Origin: Promethearchaeota archaeon
GTDB lineage: Archaea; Asgardarchaeota; Thorarchaeia; Thorarchaeales; Thorarchaeaceae
Assembly (NCBI GenBank): GCA_027031765.1
Contig: JALVPN010000111.1
Coordinates: 1-13,197 of the forward strand
DNA length: 13,197 nucleotides
Direction: 5' to 3'
Under the pieces are notes generated by a model. The model saw only the letters and a program-made list of their open reading frames with translations. It searched no databases and was not told the DNA's origin. The position numbers and the translations under genes were made by a program. Below, piece by piece: positions 1-5,421 of the stretch. Within the stretch, counting starts at the first letter, position 1. Every line of letters begins with the position of its first letter.

Positions 1-643
1 GCCAGAAGTGGAACGCGTGGTGGGGGCACTGGATGGTCATGCACGGCTGCGTGCGGCCCTCGCGTCCGCAGTGGCCGGCAACGTGATCGACTTCAATACC
101 AGCGGCCACCGGCCGGACCTCGGGGCCATCGCCAGTGTGTTCAGACAGGTAATGGAGCAGGGCTTCGCTATCGACCACTCGGGGACACTGTGGGAGGCCA
201 TCCAGCGGCCGGGCCGTGCGGTCGTGCTCGCCGACAACGCAGGCGAGACCCTCTTCGATGTCCCACTACTCCGCGTCCTGCGAGAGTACGGCTGGAACGT
301 ATACTATGCGGTCAAGGGCGCACCAATGATGAATGATGCCACTGTCGAGGACGTGAAGGGCTCTGAAGTGGAGGCCCTGGCCAAAGTGGTCACAACGGGG
401 GCATGGGCACACGGGACACCGAGGGGCATGGTCGGGCCTGAGTTCCTCAGGGTGGTGGATGAGAGTGACGTTGTCATCTCGAAAGGGCAGGCAAACTTTG
501 AGACGTTCCCAGAAATCCAGCGGGCAACCGGGGTCACAACCTGGTACGTACTGCGCGGAAAGTGCCCACACATCGCACGCGTGATAGGGATACGAAAGGG
601 AGAGAATGCAGTGGTCATGCAGTGCCAGCGGTCTAGCCGTTGA
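1..643 (+). CDS. DUF89/ARMT1-like (damage-control phosphatase family) protein, C-terminal ~213 aa. It is 5'-partial: the frame is open to the window start.
   Basis: The ORF 8..643 continues in frame to position 2 with no stop, so the N-terminus lies upstream of the window. The motifs 'VVLADNAGETLFDVPLL' (DN-G-E) and 'ISKGQANFETF' (KG-x-x-N-F/Y) are recalled DUF89/ARMT1 signatures. Codon third positions are G/C-rich. Stop is TGA at 641-643. Confidence 0.5.
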   Translation, partial: PEVERVVGALDGHARLRAALASAVAGNVIDFNTSGHRPDLGAIASVFRQVMEQGFAIDHSGTLWEAIQRPGRAVVLADNAGETLFDVPLLRVLREYGWNVYYAVKGAPMMNDATVEDVKGSEVEALAKVVTTGAWAHGTPRGMVGPEFLRVVDESDVVISKGQANFETFPEIQRATGVTTWYVLRGKCPHIARVIGIRKGENAVVMQCQRSSR

Positions 644-774
644 ATGGCCACTGGGCCTGTACAGGCCATACAATATTGAATAAGAGATGAGGGGTGGACC
701 ACACCCGGCCCACCACGACACTATGTGCCGACTGTGCTGACTGAACTCCCTACTGGCGCCCGCCTCTCCACGGA

Positions 775-1647
775 CTAGCCGATGCGAGTGCCACAGTTTG
801 GACAGAAGCGTGCCCCGTTGAGCTTGGTACCGCAGTTGGGACAGTACTTTGCACCCGCCGGAGCTGCGCCACCCTGCTGTCCTCCAGTTGCAGCAGCCAC
901 TGCGCCCATGAAGCCAATGCCTGCACCAAAGCCAGCGCCCGGGCTCCGCCCGAGGGCCTCGGCGGTGTCCTTCATGGTCTCCATACCAGCGAGCTGAGCG
1001 CCGCCAACGCCACCAGTCCTGAGCCAGAAGAGCCGCTCCCTGTACTTCTCTGTGGTGTCAATCCCTTCAAACTTCAGGTCGACGAGCTCGAGGCCCAGCC
1101 TCTCAAAGGCCATCCGAACCTTCGTCTTGACCTTCATGGAGGTCTCGTCGAGCTGTGTGAACACCGTCTGAAGGTCGTAGTGTGCAAACTCGTCTATGAT
1201 GCGTTCGTTCATGAACGAACGGAGGTATTCGTTGACCCTCTTCGTTGTGAACGCGTTCTGGTTCCCTACGACGTCCTGTACAAAGATGTTGGGCTCTGCG
1301 ACCCGGAACCAGAAGTTGCCGTGGAACATCAGTGGCGCGAGATCGCTTGTTTGGCCCCGTCCTCCGAACTTGCCCTGGAACTGCGAGCGCGAAACGAACA
1401 CACACGTCGCCTCGAAGACGTCGCCCTTGACCTTTCTCTGGAGCCAACCAACGAGGCCAGGCATGCTACTGGTAGTCAGTTTGTGGCGGCCCGCAGTGAA
1501 CTTGTCCAGTGCCTTGCCATCGCGGTAGAAGATGGCCCACTGGTTCTCCATCACAATCAGCTGGGAGCCCCACTTGATCCTGTTGTCAGGATAACGCCAC
1601 ACAATCTGATCCGGTGCAGCGTTAGTCCACTCGATTGCATCTGCCAT
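775..1647 (-). CDS. SPFH/band-7 (stomatin/prohibitin-like) domain protein with a Gly-rich linker and C-terminal double zinc ribbon (COG4260-like architecture)
   Basis: Translation from the ATG at 1645-1647 gives 'MADAIEWTNAAPDQIVWRYPDNRIKWGSQLIVMENQWAIFYRDGKALDKF...', matching my recollection of the N-terminus of SPFH/Zn-ribbon proteins. The C-terminus is 'GAGFGAGIGFMGAVAAATGG...KYCPNCGTKLNGARFCPNCGTRIG', a Gly-rich linker plus two CPNCG knuckles. The first 50 codons of the six-frame ORF (1648-1797) are Cys/Trp/Pro/Arg-rich and look like an upstream read-through, so I place the start at 1647. Confidence 0.7.
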   Translation of the reverse strand: MADAIEWTNAAPDQIVWRYPDNRIKWGSQLIVMENQWAIFYRDGKALDKFTAGRHKLTTSSMPGLVGWLQRKVKGDVFEATCVFVSRSQFQGKFGGRGQTSDLAPLMFHGNFWFRVAEPNIFVQDVVGNQNAFTTKRVNEYLRSFMNERIIDEFAHYDLQTVFTQLDETSMKVKTKVRMAFERLGLELVDLKFEGIDTTEKYRERLFWLRTGGVGGAQLAGMETMKDTAEALGRSPGAGFGAGIGFMGAVAAATGGQQGGAAPAGAKYCPNCGTKLNGARFCPNCGTRIG

Positions 1648-1696
1648 GCTGAGTACACCTTGATACTCGAAGTCCTGAGCTCTTAGGGCAGATATC

Positions 1697-1708
1697 CGTT
1701 TTAAACAT
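1697..1708. promoter_or_regulatory. TTTAAA TATA-box-like element in the divergent intergenic region
   Basis: 'cgttttaaacat' is an AT island in GC-rich DNA, ~50 bp upstream of the minus-strand SPFH start at 1647. It is palindromic, so it could serve either strand. Confidence 0.3.
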
Positions 1709-1912
1709 TGATGTGTTGTTCCCGATAGGCCTGACAGACAGTCCATGGGCCAAGGGACACGTCCCCGGGGCACAGAACATTGGGTGCGTCCGGCCACAGT
1801 GTGTACCAGAGGGGTCGGTTGGACAGCACCACGGCCTGCAGCAGGTCGCCAGAGTGTGCGCCTAAGGCCGGAGTTATTAGTGCGGCGTGTAAGTCAGCAC
1901 AGGAGGTATTTG

Positions 1913-2359
1913 ATGCCGCACCAACAGGAAGGCGAAGGGCCTGAGATCAGCCCTGAGGAGCCGCGTGTCGTGCGGAGACCGTTCAACCCAATGGCCACCT
2001 ACGTCCAGATGGTCGTCCTCATAATAGTCGGCTACGGACTGCTGAGTATCTTTGGGTATCCAGTCCTCATAATGGCCATGCTCGTCGTCATCATCATGCT
2101 CGTCAGGGAAACACTGTACGTCCTTGCCCACCTGCCATTCCGGTTTGTTACTGCAGCAGCCTACGCAAACATGGCGTACTCAGCAGTCGGCTTCGTGACT
2201 CTTGTCGTAAACGCATTTGCAATCACCCAGACCGGGCAGCCCGCAATATTGCCCGAAGTCCCCAGTCTAACGCTCATCTGTCCACTGTTCATCATGGCTG
2301 CCCTTCTTGGTACCGTGAACCTCCGCAAGATGTTCGAGCCAGTGTCACAGGAGAGGTAG
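1913..2359 (+). CDS. small integral membrane protein (148 aa, ~4 predicted TM helices), function unknown
   Basis: The ATG at 1913 is preceded by a strong Shine-Dalgarno-like 'AGGAGGT' at 1901-1907 and an AT-rich 'gagttattagtg' (1870-1881) TATA-like box. The protein 'MPHQQEGEGPEISPEE...MATYVQMVVLIIVGYGLLSIFGYPVLIMAMLVVIIMLV...' has a hydrophilic N-terminus followed by long hydrophobic stretches. The six-frame ORF start at 1745 overlaps the divergent SPFH gene and is unlikely to be the real start. Confidence 0.55.
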   Translation: MPHQQEGEGPEISPEEPRVVRRPFNPMATYVQMVVLIIVGYGLLSIFGYPVLIMAMLVVIIMLVRETLYVLAHLPFRFVTAAAYANMAYSAVGFVTLVVNAFAITQTGQPAILPEVPSLTLICPLFIMAALLGTVNLRKMFEPVSQER

Positions 2360-2419
2360 GTCACATGTCGGATGCCCCGTCGGGTGTATGTGGAAGAGGA
2401 CACCACAGACCGGCAGGAC

Positions 2420-3175
2420 TCACACACTGACCCGCATGAGGTCTTCGCCAAGGACAGCCCGGACCCCGGTGTCGCCACTCACAGTCGAGAGGACATCGTC
2501 CTTGGAGGCAACGACCTCTGGTGACACGTGTACGAGGACCACCGTCCCGGGGCTGGCCTCGCGCACGACCTCTGCGAGCTCGCTCGGACTCGTGTGTACA
2601 CCTGTGGGCGAGTGGCCGTCCAACCAGTTGCACTCGTGAACTAGGACATCGCAGCCCCGGGCCAGCTCGACCACCTCCGGACACGGTGCCGTGTCGGACG
2701 TGTACACGACCGACCGGCCATCAAGTTCGACCCTGAAGGCACGTGCGTCCATTGGGCCATGCAGTGTCTTGCAGGTTCTGACGGTGAGCGGGTCGAGCCT
2801 GGTCTCGGACACCTCGTCCAGTGGTACCGGTCGTAGCGGGAACTTGGACTGGAGGTACGTGAACGCCGAGTCGAACATCAACCCGGTCCACTCCATCAGC
2901 TGCAGCGGACCATAGACGCACAACTCGTCCGTACGTCCTGCAAGCCACATGCTCTGGTACAGGGTCATGAAGTCCGAGCAGTGGTCGATGTGGAAGTGAC
3001 TGATGAACACAGCGTCGAGTGAAGTCAGGTCTGTGCCGAGCTGTGTGAGCCGGTGTAGCACACCCGAGCCGATATCGAGGAGGACCGAACGGCCAGCGCC
3101 CTGCACCAGGACACCAGACTGGACACGACGGGGGTCTGGGACTGAGGTGCCAGTGCCCAGTAGTGTGATCTCCAT
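2420..3175 (-). CDS. MBL-fold metallo-hydrolase, RNase Z (ElaC)-like, short form lacking most of the flexible-arm/exosite
   Basis: The sequence 'MEITLLGTGTSVPDPRRVQSGVLVQ..RSVLLDIGSGV', 'AVFISHFHIDHCSDF' (HxHxDH metal motif), 'DELCVYGP', 'SVVYTSDTAPCPEVVELARGCDVLVHEC' and 'HTSPSELAEVV...VVLVHVSP' aligns block by block with bacterial RNase Z as I recall it. It is ~40 aa shorter between the 'VYGP' and 'SDT' blocks. The ATG at 3173-3175 is the likely start; an in-frame GTG at 3184 would add 3 aa. Confidence 0.7.
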   Translation of the reverse strand: MEITLLGTGTSVPDPRRVQSGVLVQGAGRSVLLDIGSGVLHRLTQLGTDLTSLDAVFISHFHIDHCSDFMTLYQSMWLAGRTDELCVYGPLQLMEWTGLMFDSAFTYLQSKFPLRPVPLDEVSETRLDPLTVRTCKTLHGPMDARAFRVELDGRSVVYTSDTAPCPEVVELARGCDVLVHECNWLDGHSPTGVHTSPSELAEVVREASPGTVVLVHVSPEVVASKDDVLSTVSGDTGVRAVLGEDLMRVSV

Positions 3176-3211
3176 GTCAATCACGGCCAGACTGTGCGGT
3201 GGTCGTAATCA

Positions 3212-4327
3212 GTGTTCTGGCTGCCGGACACAGCACCAGACAAAATTGAAGTGGTGTGGTGTGCCACGTCTGGTGTGACACGAGCTAGAGAGAAGACCAC
3301 CAGTCATGTCGTCATAATAGATACCGGGTCGGCCCTCACAAAGGCCTGTGTTGCAGGCAGCAGGCCCCTGCAGGCGGCAGTTCTCCGGACGGGAGATGTC
3401 GTGGGCACACCCACAGATGTAGTCCGTGACCAGCACATTGGTAGTGTTGACGCAGTGGCCCGGTTGTGGGGACATGTCATCCGTGTAGGACTGGGCCTCG
3501 ACCCCACGAGTACAGAAGTGGTGGTGAGTGGGCCCGCAGACCCGACCAACGACGATGCGGAGAGGACCGCGGAGGTGCTGTTCGAGGTGCTCGGTGTCAG
3601 GGCGGGCGTGATGGTACAGCGTCCCCTGCTCGCCCTATGGCGACGCCGTACTCTCGAGGGACTCGTAGTGGATGCAGGACACGACAGCACGAGGGGGTGG
3701 CCGGTAGTGGAGGGGCACGTCATCCTTGCCGAGGCGTTCACATACCCTGTTGGTGGGAGGGGCATCGAAGCATACCTGTGCACCCTGCTCAGACAGATGG
3801 GATACACTGTGCCCAAGGACCTGTCGATGGAGGATGTGCGCAGGATGAAGGAGGAGCTGTGCACAGTGCGGCTCACGGGTGCGGAGGGCCCGAAGTACAC
3901 GACCACCGGACAGGACGCATTCACAACTCCCGAGGGCCTTGAGGTCGACCTTGGGCCCATCACCGAGTGTGCGGCCGAACCACTATTCGACCCCGCGGTG
4001 CTCGGCATTGATGAGAGGCCACTTGGAGAGATGGTAGCGGGAGTCATAGGACAGGACAGGGACTTCCTGCTGAAAATCGCGACCACGCGTAACATAGTCG
4101 TGACCGGCGGGATGTCGCTCCTGCCGGGTTACGTTGAACGACTCCGTCATGAGACACGACAGCGTGTAGGGGATGACGTCGAGTTCAAGATGAGGGGGAG
4201 TGAGGACGCGACCATGGACACCTGCATGGGTGGGTACATCTTCGGCACGCTACGTACTACACGCAAGCTGTTGGTCACCAAGGAGCGCCTACGCACAGAG
4301 GGCGCATGGCAACTGTGTCCACTCTAG
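3212..4327 (+). CDS. actin-family ATPase (archaeal actin homologue) that is collinear with eukaryotic actin
   Basis: The translation aligns with eukaryotic actin along nearly its whole length. Each pair below gives our sequence first, then the actin segment:
- 'VVIIDTGSALTKACVAGSRPLQAAV' with '[26 protein letters not shown]' (phosphate-1)
- 'VVVSGPADPTNDDAERTAEVLFEVLGVRAGVMVQRPLLALWRRRTLEGLVVDAGHDSTRGWPVVEGHVILAEAFTYPVGGRGIEAYLCTLLRQMGY' with '[96 protein letters not shown]', at identical spacing
- 'MEDVRRMKEELCTV' with 'REIVRDIKEKLCYV'
- 'ITECAAEPLFDPAVLG' with 'ERFRCPEALFQPSFLG'
- 'NIVVTGGMSLLPGYVERLRHE' with '[21 protein letters not shown]'
- 'GGYIFGTL' with 'GGSILASL'.
About 40 residues of the subdomain-2 D-loop are absent. 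The six-frame start is a GTG at 3212. An in-frame GTG at 3275, ~27 bp downstream of an AT island 'caaaattgaa' (3241-3250), would give a leaderless transcript with the DTGS motif at residue ~15 as in actin. The start is therefore uncertain between 3212 and 3275. Stop is TAG at 4325-4327. Confidence 0.8.
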   Translation: MFWLPDTAPDKIEVVWCATSGVTRAREKTTSHVVIIDTGSALTKACVAGSRPLQAAVLRTGDVVGTPTDVVRDQHIGSVDAVARLWGHVIRVGLGLDPTSTEVVVSGPADPTNDDAERTAEVLFEVLGVRAGVMVQRPLLALWRRRTLEGLVVDAGHDSTRGWPVVEGHVILAEAFTYPVGGRGIEAYLCTLLRQMGYTVPKDLSMEDVRRMKEELCTVRLTGAEGPKYTTTGQDAFTTPEGLEVDLGPITECAAEPLFDPAVLGIDERPLGEMVAGVIGQDRDFLLKIATTRNIVVTGGMSLLPGYVERLRHETRQRVGDDVEFKMRGSEDATMDTCMGGYIFGTLRTTRKLLVTKERLRTEGAWQLCPL

Positions 4328-4608
4328 GAGTCGTGGGATAACAGCACATGGCGCACGGTGTTGACGAGCAGTCGCAGCTCTCGTACAACACGCTCCTTGT
4401 TGCCATTGGGAAACGCCAGTTGACTGATGATGTCCTTGCACGTCACATCACGCACAACGCGCAGCATCGCCATAGAGTCGACGGCAATCCGTCCCGCGTC
4501 CACCTCCCTACATAGGGCCTCGATGTGTTGCGCGAGCACCTGGCCATGGGAGGTGACCACGGTTGTGTCCGCACCCTTTGTAAGGTCGTCAATCAGGCGG
4601 CCTGCCAT
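4324..4608 (-). CDS. Roadblock/LC7 (MglB-like) domain protein, ~94 aa. This is tentative, and the start is uncertain.
   Basis: Translation from the ATG at 4606-4608 is 'MAGRLIDDLTKGADTTVVTSHGQVLAQHIEA...AVDSMAMLRVVRDVTCKDIISQLAFPNGNKERVVRELRLLVNTVRHVLLSHDS'. Size and pattern fit the Roadblock fold: an N-terminal helix, then G-x-x-x-V-V-x-x-x-G-x-V-L, then 'RVVRDV' (Robl has 'ARSTVRDI'). The six-frame ORF extends to a TTG at 4830, but that N-terminal extension is Cys/His/Arg-rich with weaker third-position GC, so I prefer the ATG. The stop TAG at 4324-4326 overlaps the actin stop. Confidence 0.45.
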   Translation of the reverse strand: MAGRLIDDLTKGADTTVVTSHGQVLAQHIEALCREVDAGRIAVDSMAMLRVVRDVTCKDIISQLAFPNGNKERVVRELRLLVNTVRHVLLSHDS

Positions 4609-4816
4609 CGCTTGCAGGTCTGTTAGAAAAGTCTGTGGCTCCACTGGCGCGCGGTGGCTATTATCAGCATACAGACGGTCGTCGTACACCCGGCACACCA
4701 AGTTGTGCCTGTGTCGGCGGTATTTATTCTGTACGATTACTGAAACGGTGTGCTGAGCAAACCGGACTGTCCAGTCCGAGGCTGCTCTCGCATGGCATTT
4801 GACAGGGCAGAAGAGC

Positions 4817-5176
4817 TCACTGTTCGGCAAGCCTAGGACGCAACAACTGTTCCATTGTGGTCAAGAACAGGCGCAGCTGCTTCCGGGCACGCTCAAGGGC
4901 ATCAGGGCCCTGCCTACAGAGTTCGGGGAGCTCTGATACGGCGAACTCGTACATCAGGGGAATCATCGTGTGCATTTCGACACGGATCTTGCCCGCCCTG
5001 TAGACATCCATAGCACGGTCGACCGCATTGGCAAAGTCAGCCACCCTCAACTCGACCTCCGGGCAGGAGGGGTCACTCAAGAGCAGGTCATGCAGGACGG
5101 TGCATGTCCTCACGACTCTATCAAGGGGGTCGTCCGTCTGCGCTGTCGGCTGCCGGTCTCCGTCATCCGCGGTCAT
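4817..5176 (-). CDS. hypothetical protein (120 aa; acidic N-terminus, helical C-terminus), likely co-transcribed with the Roadblock-like gene
   Basis: Translation from the ATG at 5174-5176 is 'MTADDGDRQPTAQTDDPLDRVVRTCTVLHDLL...ERARKQLRLFLTTMEQLLRPRLAEQ'. Third positions are ~80% G/C. Stop is TGA at 4817-4819. The upstream 60 codons of the six-frame ORF are Cys/Trp/Pro-rich and are probably leader. I see no P-loop or other recognisable motif. Confidence 0.45.
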   Translation of the reverse strand: MTADDGDRQPTAQTDDPLDRVVRTCTVLHDLLLSDPSCPEVELRVADFANAVDRAMDVYRAGKIRVEMHTMIPLMYEFAVSELPELCRQGPDALERARKQLRLFLTTMEQLLRPRLAEQ

Positions 5177-5354
5177 GTCAGCTCGCACCTCTGTACCACA
5201 CGGCCATGTCAGACAGGTCTTCGTGCATGTGCATATAACTAGAGCTTTGTCCTGCCGGCAACCCATGAGGGCGGGTGGTGACATGTCACCAAGTGCCCCC
5301 TTGGTCGGACTGACCGGGCGAGACCATTCCTGATGTGGACGGCGCACTGGACAC

Positions 5355-5392
5355 ATCGTATATATGATTCCTACAGTGCACTTTATTGCATG
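5355..5392 (+). promoter_or_regulatory. AT-rich promoter region with TATA-like boxes ('tatatatg', 'ctttattgc') upstream of the surface-protein gene
   Basis: 'cgtatatatgattcctacagtgcactttattgcatg' is the most AT-rich island in the 245-bp divergent intergenic region. 'TTTATT' lies ~33 bp upstream of the TTG start at 5422. Confidence 0.3.
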
Positions 5393-5421
5393 TGGGCAAC
5401 TAGTATGTTGGTGATGTCTTC

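Noticed and set aside
1754-1764. 11-mer GGGACACGTCC found at both 1754-1764 and 10074-10084
   Set aside because: Roughly twenty exact 11-mer coincidences are expected by chance in a 13-kb window counting both strands, and the two sites share no wider similarity.
1648-1912. N-terminal extensions of ORFs 775..1797 (-) and 1745..2359 (+) that overlap each other
   Set aside because: The extensions are compositionally odd (Cys/Trp/Arg/Pro-rich) and mutually overlapping. The internal ATGs (1647 and 1913, the latter with an AGGAGG SD) give proteins that match family N-termini.
3304-4095. 263-aa minus-strand ORF antisense to the actin gene
   Set aside because: The composition is Ser/Thr/Pro/Arg-rich and low-complexity, typical of the reverse frame of a GC3-rich gene. 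The opposite strand carries the strongly supported actin homologue.
4609-4830. TTG-initiated N-terminal extension of the Roadblock-like ORF ('MPNSELFCPVKCHARAASDW...')
   Set aside because: It is Cys/His/Arg-rich with weaker third-position GC bias than neighbouring genes. I treat it as leader or intergenic and place the start at the ATG at 4608, though this is not certain.
4970-5333. Plus ORFs 4970..5242 and 5028..5333
   Set aside because: They overlap the better-supported minus-strand 120-aa gene and its upstream region, and their composition is not protein-like.
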